DNA from: Eledone cirrhosa
Lineage: Eukaryota
Direction of reading: 5' to 3'
Assembly: GCA_964016885.1 (NCBI GenBank)
Contig: OZ024755.1
Location: forward strand, 28,396,001 to 28,460,000
DNA length: 64,000 bases
Each line of letters starts with the position of its first letter. The stretch's first letter is position 1. A model generated the notes under the pieces. The model saw nothing but the letters and a program-made list of their open reading frames with translations, ran no database searches and was not told where the DNA came from. Shown here one piece after another: positions 25,814-38,929 of this stretch. The translations under genes and the position numbers were made by a program.

Positions 25814-27571
25814 CTAAGTAAATGGAAATTGAAATAAAAACATTCAGAGATTGCTTTTCTCAAACTTCAAATAACTGTAAGACACTAGAATATTTACAAA
25901 ATTTCGTCTGTTTTTCCATAGGAATGCATACATAAACCACTTGAAAATTAAGAATTTCAAAGTGTCATATTTCAATGAACTTTTTCGTTAAAATTCTCGT
26001 AAATCGCCATATTTATTAATGTATTGCGCAATGATTATGCCGGAGTTATAACTGATGAAATCCTACAAAGATCTATGAAATTATGTATAAAGACATTTTT
26101 ATCTATTCACTGAAGATTGAAAGATCTCTACAAGCCTTCCACATTTATATGTACATAGAAGTAAAATGTAGAAAAAGAAAGAAAATCTCTAAATAAACAT
26201 CGTGACGGTTTGTTAACAGATTAGCATGACTAAATTATTTACTGAGCCATGACATATCTGGCTTATAATTTACTTCAGAGTTGAGTTTTAGCACGAGCAC
26301 GCCTACTAAATAAGTGAGATTTGATAAGTAATGTTCATTTCGATTCTTTTACTGAATCTGTAACTCGAGGACTGTTACTGAAGGGGGAATAAGCAGGAAA
26401 AATAACTCATGTTTATTAATAATTTTGATACGATTTAAATTTCAGTTAGCTTTCACATGTCTTACAATTAGCTAATACAAATATGTACTGGAGTAATTAT
26501 GACCGTATGCACTCTAATAGGTGATACCGTTATGAATATTTTATCACAGATTAAGAAGGGAGACACAGTGGATACCGACAGGAATTGAACTGGCGTCTTA
26601 AAACAGATTAATTGAATTAGGTACTGAGTTGTGTTGCTCTATTGATTCTGCCATCAACTATTCTCCTTTAACAGATACATATAGTTTCCTCATCTATGTA
26701 CATAGATCCAATTAGTAGATGGAGGAACATATATAGACTCCAGTACTATGTTCATGAGAAGATCGAATGCCATCATCATCGAAATATTGTATTGTTTTAT
26801 GTTATGTTTTCCGGTAATTTACGCTCTTAGTTCAAATACTACTAAATTGAACTTTGTGTTTCATCCTTCTGTGATGAATAAACTAAGTTGTAAGTCAAGA
26901 TGCAGGTTAACTCATTCACATATTTTCTCTTCTATTGCTTCTCTCAGTCTCCCCAGAAATGACTATGTTGCATTGCGAAGCGCCATGTGAGATCACTCGT
27001 AGTTGCTCTTGATTCCAAGAAATAACAAGAAAAAGTTAAGCTATGAAGCCATACTACAGATACTCTGGACACGGCACAGGGAATAACTCTATGGTATATT
27101 CTGAATATTCAATAATTATCTCTCCTTCTAACATTTATACATTGTGCCTTGGGACATTTATCTTTTGATTTTCGAATAAATTTAATAAATTATTTATATA
27201 TTGGGATTTAAAATGTTAGAGAAGGAACGCGAATGAAACACGAGAAAGCGGCGTGTTGCACCATAAATGTGTATGTGGAGTTAGGTTATATGTGAGCGAA
27301 TGGTTGTGCTTGTAGTCATTCGAAGCTGATGATTCACGCCATTAATTGTTGCTGCACAAAATATTGATCTGTTAGGAATCCCACTCGTCGCCGGAGAGAC
27401 CGAACATAGCAAACCATTTTACAAATACTCCCTGATACTTCACGGAATTGCCCGGTTTTCCTGCCATTCTTCGGGCGTCATATACATGCATACGTACACA
27501 CACACACTGACACACACACACATACGCACACACATATATACACACACACATATATATATATATATATGTAT

Positions 27572-27889
27572 AAAGGTGCTTGGCTGAGCGGTTAAATCAT
27601 CAGGCTTACAATCGTGAGGTGGTAAATTCGATCTTCGGACCGGAGTTTGTGTTGTGTTGTGTTCTTGACTAAGACACTTTATTTCACGTTGCTCCGGTTT
27701 ACTCAGCTGTAGAAATGAGTTGCGACATGACTGGTGCCACGCTGTATCGGCCTTTGTCTTTCCCTTGATCAACATCGGTGGCTTGGAGAGAGGAAAGTTG
27801 TATGCATGGGCGACTGCTTGTCTTCCACAAACAACCTTGCCCGGATTTGTGCCTCGGAGGGGAACTTTCTAGGATCAAATCCCATGGTC

Positions 27890-27892
<3 letters not shown>
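27572..27892 (+). mobile_element. tRNA-SINE with a distinct tail
   Basis: Head tggctgagcggtt..aattcgatc, shared central domain aagacactttatttcacgttgctcc, and a 3' half unlike the other SINEs. Confidence 0.7.
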
Positions 27893-27934
<42 letters not shown>

Positions 27935-27937
<3 letters not shown>

Positions 27938-28154
27938 AAGTAAAAGTTAAGTTGAAATATCCAAGAGTAAGAGCACTCATTCCATAGGACGAGTTTAGTA
28001 TAAATAATTAGAATAGTGGCATAGACAGGTACTAAAGTTTCGTTGGGTCCTGGGCCCCAATTTCTTCAGCCTGTCCTTCATTTTTCCCATGACAGGCTTT
28101 AAAAATTGGGGCCCAGAAACCAACAAAGCTGAGTACCTGTCTATGCCACTGTTG

Positions 28155-28160
<6 letters not shown>
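27935..28160. mobile_element. Fold-back insert of hammerhead family F
   Basis: 28005-28075 is inverted (diverged) at 28090-28160. A decayed relative lies at about 15095-15165. Confidence 0.75.
28024..28075 (-). ncRNA. Type I hammerhead ribozyme
   Basis: gacagg-CTGAAGA-aa ttggg..cccaa c-GAAAC-ttta-GTA-cctgtc: perfect 6-bp stem I. Confidence 0.85.
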
Positions 28161-28204
<44 letters not shown>

Positions 28205-28205
<1 letters not shown>

Positions 28206-28700
28206 CATATAAAGGAAGACTAAAGTCTGTTAATTATATTATATTTTAATTAACGTTCGTTTCTTCCACATCATAAAACATATAATTTATTATTAGTTAA
28301 TCAATTATATGAACAAATGATTGGATTCATCAGAATTAATTTAGAAAATCGTGAATTTACATCTTCGAATCATTTTGCATACAACCTTGCACCAACAGTG
28401 AATGCTTACATTTGAATATACACTACCTCGATTCTTCAAGATTGTATGCAAAATGATTCGAAGAGGTAAACTTGTTTCTTGTATTTATTTTATTAATTCT
28501 GATAAATCCAATTATTTCTTCATATAATTGATTAACTAATAATAAATTAAATGTTTTATGATGTGGAAGAAACGTGTGTTAATTAAAATTCAATATAATT
28601 AACTGTCTTTGGTCTTGTTTTTCGTTAAATGTTCCCGCTGTGAGTGTATTTAAATGTCTAAAATAAGTATTTCATACAAATAGAATTGTATGTAGCCTTC
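28205..28700. mobile_element. Large fold-back insert with extended-stem-II hammerhead in both arms
   Basis: 28216-28389 is inverted at 28437-28616. Minus arm 28246-28339 reads ttaatt-CTGATGA-(about 60 nt)-GAAAC-gaac-GTT-aattaa. Confidence 0.7.
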
Positions 28701-28769
28701 TGAGTAGTTTACTGTAATATCCTTTTCACCTACCCTTCTATGTATTCTTATTCGAAAATGTATTCTGAA

Positions 28770-28801
<32 letters not shown>

Positions 28802-28808
28802 TTCTCTC

Positions 28809-28959
<151 letters not shown>

Positions 28960-28994
28960 GCAAACATCCATACCATGACGTACATGCATACATA

Positions 28995-29434
28995 GTGGCT
29001 GCCAACTCATTTTCGAGTACGGCCACTACTTTATATCCATGTAGGAGAAGCCCTACCGATGCGCTGAACGAGTGTGACTTTTTAGTCCAGCCAGCGACTT
29101 GAAAACTCTTGTACAAACACTACACTTGTGACAATCATTGACACATAGTGCTAGGCCCATGGTACCATGTGACGACAAGTGCAGAGAGATCTCCAGATAT
29201 AAATCAATGCCTGTGCCGTGAAGCTTTTATAGTGAGCAAAGGCACTGCACAAAGCCAGTCCCACTCTCTTAACCAAGATGATATTTACCAAAAAGAAGAA
29301 TAAGTCAACATAATTGGATACCATCAGGGTTGCAGGTGTTATATCAGAGTTTTCCTTCTCCTAGAATTCTGCCTTGACAAAGGGCAAAGGAGCTCTTAAG
29401 AGTCAATGGCCATCCAAAATCACTGGGAGAGATG
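28995..29434 (-). mobile_element. Non-autonomous bipartite RTE-derived element
   Basis: 13-bp TSD acatgcatacata (28982-28994 and 29435-29447). The 3' part encodes CSVCTRVFKSLAGLKSHTRSAH*; the 5' part has ctaggagaaggaaaactctga. A second copy lies at 38427-38818. Confidence 0.7.
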
Positions 29435-29715
29435 ACATGCATACATACATACATGCATACATACATACATACATACATACATACATACATACATACATGT
29501 AAGTAATTCTCCACTTGACACAACCAAGGAGTTGCATCTATGGATCTGTGAAGAATTACATGTATGTATGTATGTATGTATGTATGTATGTATGTATGTA
29601 TGTATGTATGTATGTATGTATGTATGCATGCATATATATATAGAGAGAGAGAGAAAGAGAGAGAGATGAATAGATTTACGATGTTTAACTAGCTAGCTTA
29701 TTAGATAGATAGATA

Positions 29716-29987
29716 TGTTTCTTTTATTTGCCACCAGGGCATCAAAAGTGGGACAAGTACAATGGGGGGAGTTTACAAAACAAGGCGTCCTCAATAGGGA
29801 GGAGGCAATAACAATATATAAAAATAAAATCAAATATAACAAAAAATAAAATTATAACAAAATCCTCAATAGAGAGGAGGCGCCTTGGGGAGTCGCACAC
29901 ACCCCCGTAAAAAGTGTGCAACCCTTCTCCTCAGGAGCACAGAGAGGGGGTGCTCCCTCGTTCCTTCCTCTTTTTTTTTTCTTTTTA
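29716..29987 (-). mobile_element. Tx1/L1-like 3' UTR fragment in (GATA)n
   Basis: Highly similar to 40144-40400 and flanked by GATA repeats on both sides. Confidence 0.7.
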
Positions 29988-31449
29988 CTAGATAGATAGA
30001 TTGATAGATAGCTAGATACATGGATAGATACAGAATGAAATATAGGATTGATTAACTAAATGAAGTAAACCAAAGAAACGAAAGGCTGAACTATTTAGAA
30101 AAGAAAGAGGGATACATATTTCCTTAAAAGGATGAATGTGTTTTGTTGGTTTTTTCCATCGGTCACAGTTTCTACAATTTGTAGGAATAGAAACGTCGAA
30201 TAAATCAACTTTAGTACTTCATGAATTTTATTTTATTAATACCGGAAAGATGAAATACAATTGGAAAGAATGACTCTATGAAATGTTTTCTCATTTAGGC
30301 AAAATTCCAATTATTTTTTTTTTTCCTTACGTTGGGTGACACCAGTATTTGACTGGTACTTCATCTTATCCACTTTGGAAGGATCAAATGCACAGTGGAA
30401 AGGCAAAACCGGAAAGTATTCAGCTATAACGAATGTATTTCATTCGGCGCGGTTTACAATTGTGATAATCCACAGCTGTCCACAGATTTACATGAAATGG
30501 GTGTGATTGTTGTTGCTTGTTAGGCTGTTATTGTTACTAATGTTGTAGCTTTGCCTTTCATCCTTACAGGGTCGTTAAAATGAAGCACCAGTAATGCACT
30601 GGGGCCGCTTTAATCGACGTTTCCCTCCCACCCACGTTGCTGACATTTTGCCTATAGTAGAAATCGTTATTGTTGTATATAGGCGTTTGTTGATGGCATC
30701 GTAAAGTTTGAATGCTGTTAGGTATCAGTTCCTGAAAAGCTAAAGTACATAATTTGAAGGGAGTAACAAACGAGACGGCCATTTTTTGGCAGATCTGGTG
30801 GAAGTATGGAAAGCCAAGTCAATCTAGAATATATGACAGAACATACAGGTAATAACTGATAGAACATTCGGAAGAGATCGAAATAAGAATGAATAGGATA
30901 AGAAGAATTAATAAAATATATTTAATACTTAAGAATACTTAAATTTATTAACAAACATGATTATTCATTACAGAAAGTATTGATAAGACGATAACAAATG
31001 ATAAAATTGAAGATTGAAGAGAGGAAAAAGTTGGTAATGAGGGGTTAAATGAAGGAAACGTGAGGTAGGTCGGTGGTGGTAAACTCAGCCCCTTTTTTTT
31101 CTGAGCAGTACTTTCTCAGCTGCGCCCCTCGTACAAGATGTCCAAAAAGTAATGAAATATGAAAAGGAAAACAAAAAAAAAGCTGCAAGGTGAAGGAAAA
31201 ATTAGAAATCACTAAGCTTGTGAACAGGTAAAAATAACAAAAAGCCTGAGAGGAAGAAAAAGAGAATAGGTATAGGGGTTGGTTGTGGGGGCTGAAATGA
31301 AGAGGGGAGGATGTAATCAGATAGTGGAGGGCGAGATAAGCTGTTGCAGTTCATGAGGATGATGCTGATGATGCTGATGATGATTTTAATGAGGATGGTA
31401 ATGATAATGATAATAATGATAATGATGGTGGTGACGGTGATATGGATAA

Positions 31450-31555
31450 TAATTGTTTCTACGTTTGGCACAAGGCCAGCAATTATACCAGTGTATTACT
31501 GGTACTTTATTTTATCGACCCCCGTATGGATGAAAGGCAAAGTTAACCTCGGCGG
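31450..31555 (-). mobile_element. Truncated Meta-domain SINE
   Basis: 3' half of the consensus, inside an (ATG/ATA)n tract. Older copies lie at about 26845-26890 and 30548-30665. Confidence 0.8.
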
Positions 31556-31832
31556 TGATAATGATGATAATGATAATGATAATTAGGATGGTGATAATGA
31601 TGATAATGATAATGATAATTAGGATGGTGATGATGATGATGATGATGATAATGAGGGTGATGATGATGATAATGATAATTAGGATGGTGATAATGATGAT
31701 GATGATAATGATAATTAGGATGGTAATAATGATGATGATGATAATGATAATTAGGATGGTGATAATGATGATGATGATAATGATAATGATGGCACCCGTC
31801 AATCAACTTTATCATAAACATTGACGTCGTTG

Positions 31833-31880
<48 letters not shown>

Positions 31881-31882
31881 CC
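31555..31882. repeat. Compound (ATG/ATA)n repeat with about 36-42 bp higher-order unit, then (ATC)n
   Basis: Recurring aattaggatggt every 36-42 bp. Confidence 0.85.
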
Positions 31883-32280
31883 AAGACAGCAGTGACCGAG
31901 ATGAAGGCGACGACGGGGAGAGCTGATTGTGTATTAGTTCGTTTGATACAGTGAAAGAAAGGGAGTGAGGTAAGAATGTGAGTATGTGTGTGTACGTGTG
32001 TCAGTGTGTGTGTGTGTGTCAGTGTGTGTGTGTGTCAGTGTGTGTGTGTCTGTACGTGTGTATGTCAGTGTGTGTGTGTGAACGTCAGAGAAGTGTGAGG
32101 GTTGAGAAAGCAATGTGCATGAGAGAGAGAGGGGGTGAGAGAGAGGAGAGAGAGAGGGGGAGGGGGGGATAGTGAGGTGAGAGAGAGGTGAGAGAGCCGA
32201 AGAATATATATATGTATAAGTGTGAGGGAGTGAGCATGAAGGGGAGTATAATGAGGGTGGCGGGTGGGTGTTAGATGAAA

Positions 32281-33527
32281 GAAGACGAGCTGTAGGAGAC
32301 AGAGAGAGATAAAGTAAGAAGTTAAAGAGAGAAGAAGACGAGGTGTAGGAGACAGAGAGAGATAAAGTAAGAAGTTAAAGAGAGAAGAAGACGAGGTGTA
32401 GGAGACAGAGAGAGAGATAAAGTAAGAAGTTAAAGAGAGAAGAAGACAGGGTGTAGGAGACAGAGAGAGATAAAGTAAGAAGTTAAAGAGAGAAGAAGAC
32501 GAGGTGTAGGAGAGAGAGAGAGAGATAAAGTAAGAAGTTAAAGAGAGAAGAAGACGAGGTGTAGGAGACAGAGAGAGAGATAAAGTAAGAAGTTAAAGAG
32601 AGAAGAAGACGAGGTGTAGGAGAGAGAGAGAGAGATAAAGTAAGAAGTTAAAGAGAGAAGAAGACGAGGTGTAGGAGACAGAGAGAGAGATAAAGTAAGA
32701 AGTTAAAGAGAGAAGAAGACGAGGTGTAGGAGAGAGAGAGGGATAAAGTAAGAAGTTAAAGAGAGAAGAAGAGGAGGTGTAGGAGACAGAGAGAGATAAA
32801 GTAAGAAGTTAAAGAGAGAAGAAGACGAGGTGTAGGAGACAGAGAGAGATAAAGTAAGAAGTTAAAGAGAGAAGAAGACAGGGTGTAGGAGACAGAGAAA
32901 GATAAAGTAAGAAGTTAAAGAAAGAAGAAGACGAGGTGTAGAAGACAGAGAGAGAGAGATAAAGTAAGAAGTTAAAGAGAGAAGAAGACGAGGTGTAGGA
33001 GACAGAGAGAGAGATAAAGTAAGAAGTTAAAGAGAGAAGAAGACGAGGTGTAGGAGACAGAGAGAGATAAAGTAAGAAGTTAAAGAGAGAAGAAGACGAG
33101 GTGTAGGAGACAGAGAGAGATAAAGTAAGAAGTTAAAGAGAGAAGAAGACGAGGTGTAGGAGACAGAGAGAGACAAAGTAAGAAGTTAAAGAGAGAAGAA
33201 GACGAGGTGTAGGAGACAGAGAGAGATAAAGTAAGAAGTTAAAGAGAGAAGAAGACGAGGTGTAGGAGACAGAGAGAGATAAAGTAAGAAGTTAAAGAGA
33301 GAAGAAGACGAGGTGTAGGAGACAGAGAGAGATAAAGTAAGAAGTTAAAGAGAGAAGAAGACGAGCTGTAGGAGACAGAGAGAGATAAAGTAAGAAGTTA
33401 AAGAGAGAAGAAGACGAGCTGTAGGAGACAGAGAGAGATAAAGTAAGAAGTTAAAGAGAGAAGAAGACAGGGTGTAGGAGACAGAGAGAGATAAAGTAAG
33501 AAGTTAAAGAGAGAAGAAGACGAGGTG
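32281..33527. repeat. About 51-55 bp purine-rich minisatellite, more than 20 copies
   Basis: Unit gaagaagacgaggtgtaggagac(ag)nataaagtaagaagttaaagaga. Confidence 0.95.
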
Positions 33528-33899
33528 AGAAGGAAATTCATCAAAAATGAGAGAAACATTGCAAATGAGAGAGATGGAGGGTTAGAAAGTGAAAGATGGT
33601 GGAGATATGAAGATATGAACGTGTGAAGATAGATGTGGTGGGATGTCAAGTAGGAGAAACAGTATATCTGTGTGTAAGAGGGGGTAGAGGATTGTGGAAG
33701 ATACATATATATATATATATATATATAAAAAAAAAAAATATATATATATATATGATATATATATATATATGAAAAAAAATAAAAATATCCAATACTAATA
33801 ATAATATAATTAAACAACTCCACTATCCGGGAGCTTCCAACAGTAATGGTTGCATTTTTTAAGGGTATGTCAATATTTATTTATAAAACATCTATATTA

Positions 33900-33964
33900 T
33901 ATTTTGTCTGATGAAAGCACACCATAATTTAACTTGGTGTCCTTGAAATATGTATAATGAAATA
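33900..33964 (+). ncRNA. Type I hammerhead ribozyme (family E relative)
   Basis: tattttgt-CTGATGA-aagcacacca taatttaact tggtgtcctt-GAAAT-atgt-ATA-atgaaata. Confidence 0.75.
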
Positions 33965-34003
33965 AATATAGTTTTATAAATATAGTTTCCATTTGTTAAT
34001 ATC

Positions 34004-34032
<29 letters not shown>

Positions 34033-34036
<4 letters not shown>

Positions 34037-34216
34037 AGAAAGTATGAACCCCCGACCGCAGAGCTCAAGCCGTTTCGACGGCTATAATAGCCGTCGAAAC
34101 GGCTTCAGCTCTGCCGTCGGGGTCATACTTTTTCCTATTACCCACTCTACTACCCTAAGTATTGAGTACTCTGGTGCGTTATGGTCCATCTGGTTCCTTA
34201 CCACAATTCCTTCGTT
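34033..34216. mobile_element. Family A fold-back insert
   Basis: Hairpin centred on ggctataatagcc; the long arm has gaaacggcttcagctctgccgtc and gtattgagtac. Confidence 0.8.
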
Positions 34217-34223
34217 ATATATG

Positions 34224-34275
<52 letters not shown>

Positions 34276-34431
34276 GATAGATAGATAGAGAGAGAGAGAG
34301 GGGGTAGTGAGAGCGAGAGTTAGTGAGTAAGTGAGAGGTGTGTGTGTGCGTGTGTGTGTGTGTATTATAGTGCAGGAGAAAAAGTGAGAGAATATGAAGA
34401 AATGTTTGTGTATATCAGTGAGAAAGAATGT

Positions 34432-34511
<80 letters not shown>

Positions 34512-34699
34512 AAGCAAGAATATGCCGAGAAGAAGGAGCGAGGGTGCCAAAGAAAATGAGACGGTGAGACCGAAGGAATTAGAAAGTAGTTTGTGTATGT
34601 GTGTGAGAGAAAGAGAAAAAAAAGATGCCTGTCTCTCTGTCAGAGGTAAATAGAGAGTAGGGGGTAGAGAGAATGGAGATAGAGAGAGTGGAAAAGAAG

Positions 34700-36900
34700 G
34701 CAGTGGGAGGGAGAGGGTAGAAGAGAGAATGGAGGAGAGAAGTGGAGGAGAGAGAGGGTGTTGGAGATAGAAGGGGGAGAGAAGTGGAGGAGAGAGAGTG
34801 TGGGAGATAGAAGGGGGGGGGGAGAGATTGGTGGAGAGAGAGAGTGTGGGAGAGAGATTGGTGGAGAGAGAGTGATGGAGAGAGAGAGTGTGTATGTGGG
34901 AGATAGAAGGGGGGGGAGAGAGATTGGTGGAGAGAGTGTGGGAGAGAGATTGGTGGAGAGAGAGTGATGGAGAGAGAGTGTGTATGTGGGAGATAGAAGG
35001 GGGGAGAGAGATTGGTGGAGAGAGAGAGAGTGTGTGTGTGGGAGATAGAAGGGGGGGGGGAGAGATTGGTGGAGGAGAGAGATAGATGGAGAGAGAATGA
35101 GAAAGAGAGTGGAGGAGGTGGAGTGTTGGGGAGAGAGAGAGAGTGGTAAATATGAATGAAAGAAAGAAAAAATAAAGAGAGAAAGTAAGCAGGAAAGTTG
35201 TGTGAAAAAGAGAGAAAGAGAGTGAAAAGATTTAGAGAAAAAAATTTGGAGACTTGGAAAAGTAAGAGAATTAGTTGTGGAGAGAGACACAGGTAGAGAG
35301 GGAGAATAGAGAGTGAGAATAGAGAGGGAGGATAGAGAGGGAGAATAGAGAGGGAGGATAGAGAGGGAGGATAGAGAGTGAGGATAGAGAGTGAGAATAG
35401 AGAGGGAGGATAGAGAGGGAGAATAGAGAGGGAGGATAGAGAGTGAGAATAGAGAGGGTGAATAGAGAGGGAGAATAGAGAGGGAGGATAGAGAGGGAGA
35501 ATAGAGAGGGAGGATAGAGAGGGAGAATAGAGAGGGAGGATAGAGAGGGAGGATAGAGAGGGAGAATAGAGAGGGAGGATAGAGAGGGAGGATAGAGAGG
35601 GAGGATAGAGAGTGAGGATAGAGAGGGAGAATAAAGAGGGAGGATAGAGAGGGAGAATAGAGAGGGAGGATAGAGAGGGAGAATAGAGAGGGAGGATAGA
35701 GAGGGAGGATAGAGAGGGAGAATAGAGAGGGAGGATAGAGAGGGAGGATAGAGAGGGAGGATAGAAAGGGAGGATAGAGAGGGAGGATAGAGAGGGAGGA
35801 TAGAGAGGGAGAATAGAGAGGGAGGATAGAGAGGGAGAATAGAGAGGGAGGATAGAGAGGGAGGATAGAGAGGGAGAATAGAGAGGGAGGATAGAGAGGG
35901 AGGATAGAGAGGGAGGATAGAGAGGGAGGATAGAGAGGGAGAATAGAGAGGGAGGATAGAGAGGGAGAATAGAGAGGGAGGATAGAGAGGGAGGATAGAG
36001 AGGGAGGATAGAGAAGGAGGATAGAGAGGGCGGATAGAGAGGGAGAATAGAGAAGGAGGATAGAGAGGGAGACTGGAGAGTGAGGATAGAGAGGGAGACT
36101 GGAGAGTGAGGATAGAGAGGGAGACTGGAGAGTGAGGATAGAGAGGGAAACATTGGAATGGAGGGAGAGTGGAGAGTGGGGATAGAGAGGGAGACATTGG
36201 AATGGAGGGAGACTAGAGAGTGAGGATAGAGAGGGAGACTGGAGAGTGAGGATAGAGAGGGAGACTGGAGAGTGAGGATAGAGAGGGAGACTGGAGAGTG
36301 AGGATAGAGAGGGAGACTGGAGAGTGAGGATAGAGAGGGAAACATTGGAATGGAGGGAGAGTGGAGAGTGAGGATAGAGAGGGAAACATTGGAAGAGAGG
36401 GAGACGGGAGAGTGAGGATAGAGAGGGAGACTGGAGAGTGAGGATAGAGAAAGAAACATTGGAATGGAGGGAGACTGGAGAGTGAGGATAGAGAGGGAGA
36501 CTGGAGAGTGAGGATAGAGAGGGAGACTGGAGAGTGAGGATAGAGAGGGAGACATTGGAATGGAGGGAGACTGGAGAGTGAGGATAGAGAGGGAGACTGG
36601 AGAGTGAGGATAGAGAGGGAGACTGGAGAGTGAGGATAGAGAGGGAGACATTGGAATGGAGGGAGACTGGAGAGTGAGGATAGAGAGGGAGACTGGAGAG
36701 TGAGGATAGAGAGGGAGACATTGGAATGGAGGGAGAGTGGAGAGTGAGGATAGAGAGGGAGACTGGAGAGTGAGGATAGAGAGGGAGACTGGAGAGTGAG
36801 GATAGAGAGGGAGACATTGGAATGGAGGGAGACTGGAGAGTGAGGATAGAGAGGGAGACTGGAGAGTGAGGATAGAGAGGATAGAGAGGGAGACTGGAAA
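34700..36900. repeat. Purine-rich compound minisatellite (14-bp and 26/44-bp units)
   Basis: gaggatagagaggg/gagaatagagaggg arrays at 35293-36060; gactggagagtgaggatagagaggga with an optional gacattggaatggaggga at 36060-36900. Confidence 0.9.
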
Positions 36901-37108
36901 GTGATAATAGTGAGGGAGGGAGACAGTGGAATAGAGGGAGGGAGATGGAATGGTGAGGTAGATAGAGATATATCACTGGCAACAAATGAGATGAAAGAGA
37001 GTGGGGCGAGAGGGGTAGAGTGAGAGAGATCAAATAGACAGAGATAGATCGATAGATAGAGAGAGAGAGAGAAATATATATTCAGAGAGAGAGAATGGGG
37101 AGAAAAAG

Positions 37109-37176
<68 letters not shown>

Positions 37177-37254
37177 CTAAGCGAAAGAGATTGAGAATGC
37201 AGGTAGGAAAACAAAAACAAAAAAAAGAAATCCTAGAAACATATGTATGCGACC

Positions 37255-37757
37255 GTGTGTGCGTGCGTGTCCACGCACTTGTGTGTGCGAGTGTGTTTAC
37301 ACACTTGTGTGTGCGTGTGTGTCCACGCACTTGTATGTGTGCGAGTGTGTTTACACACTTGTGTGTGCGTGTGTGTCCACGCACTTGTGTGTGCGAGTGT
37401 GTTTACACACTTGTGTGTGCGTGTGTGTCCACGCACTTGTGTGTGCGTGTGTGTCCACGCACTTGTATGTGTGCGAGTGTGTTTACACACTTGTGTGTGC
37501 GTGTGTGTCCACGCACTTGTATATGTGCGAGTGTGTTTACACACTTGTGTGTGCGTGTGTGTCCACGCACTTGTATGTGTGCGAGTGTGTTTACACACTT
37601 GTGTGTGCGTGTGTGTCCACGCACTTGTATATGTGCGAGTGTGTTTACACACTTGTGTGTGCGTGTGTGTCCACGCACTTGTATGTGTGCGAGTGTGTTT
37701 ACACACTTGTGTGTGCGTGTGTGTCCACGCACTTGTATGTGTGCGAGTGTGTTTACA
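37255..37757. repeat. 54-bp TG-rich minisatellite
   Basis: Unit gtccacgcacttgtatgtgtgcgagtgtgtttacacacttgtgtgtgcgtgtgt, about 9 copies. Confidence 0.95.
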
Positions 37758-37960
37758 GGTGTGATTGCTGGTGAGAAAGTAGTAGAAAATAATGGAGAAA
37801 AAATTATTACAGGTAAACGAATAAAAAGGTGTCAAATATAAAACTGATAGGAGGAAAGCAGTCACATCCATACATACATACGTATATACGTGCATACACA
37901 CATACATACATATATAGATATACATACGTACATATATACATACATACACACATACATACA

Positions 37961-38034
<74 letters not shown>

Positions 38035-38080
38035 CATACATACGTACATATATACATACATATACACATACATACATACA

Positions 38081-38158
<78 letters not shown>

Positions 38159-38426
38159 CATACGTACATATATACATACATATACACATACATACATATA
38201 TACGTACATATGTACATGTACGTACATATACATATATACATGATAGCTGCCCCCTCGTTATCGAGTATGGCCATTGCATGATATACCATTATTAATAATT
38301 ATTAATTAATTCTATCGTGCAATGCCTGTGCGTGAACATTTTTTAAGTGATGAACGCATGTGCACTGAACCAATCCCCCTCTCGGAGCGACAGTAGCTAT
38401 AACCCGAAAAGAATACATACATATAT

Positions 38427-38818
38427 GGTGGCTGCCAACTCGTTTTCGAGTACGGCCACTACTTTATATCCATGTAGGAGAACCCCTACCGATGCGCTGA
38501 ACGAGTGTGACTTTTTAGTCTAGCCAGCGACTTGAAAACTCTGGTACAAACACTACACTTGTGACAATTATTGACACACAGTGCTGGGCCCATGGTACCA
38601 TGTGACGACAAGTGCAGAGAGATCTCCAGATATAAAGCAATGCCTGTGCCGTGAAGCTTTTATAGTGAGCAAAGGCACTGCACAAAGCCAGTCCCACTCT
38701 CTTAACCAAGATGATATTTACCAAAAGGAAGAACAAGTCAATATCATTGGATACCATCAGGGTTGCAGGTGTTATATCAGAGTTTTCCTTCTCCTAGAAT
38801 TCTGCCTTGAAAAAGGCT
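38427..38818 (-). mobile_element. Second copy of the bipartite RTE-derived element
   Basis: Near-identical to 28995-29385. A short RTE-type 3' stub also lies at 38243-38280. Confidence 0.75.
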
Positions 38819-38875
38819 AAGTTGTCATCTTACATATATACGTACATAGATACATACATACATACATACGTGCGT

Positions 38876-38929
<54 letters not shown>

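Noticed and set aside
25505-26050. Possible non-autonomous Helitron/DINE-like element with (GTCT)n
   Set aside because: Only a vague 5' resemblance; no clear 3' hairpin-CTAG terminus.
31344-31884. His-rich or Met-rich ORFs
   Set aside because: Trinucleotide repeat containing a SINE fragment; no splice or domain evidence.
32281-33527. CRISPR-like regular repeats (also 52534-53295 and the SINE arrays)
   Set aside because: No unique spacers, no cas genes, eukaryotic context.
34579-37220. 690-797 aa Ser/Leu/Pro ORFs
   Set aside because: They come from the pyrimidine strand of a minisatellite with 14- and 26-bp units, open in all three frames, so no frame is selected.
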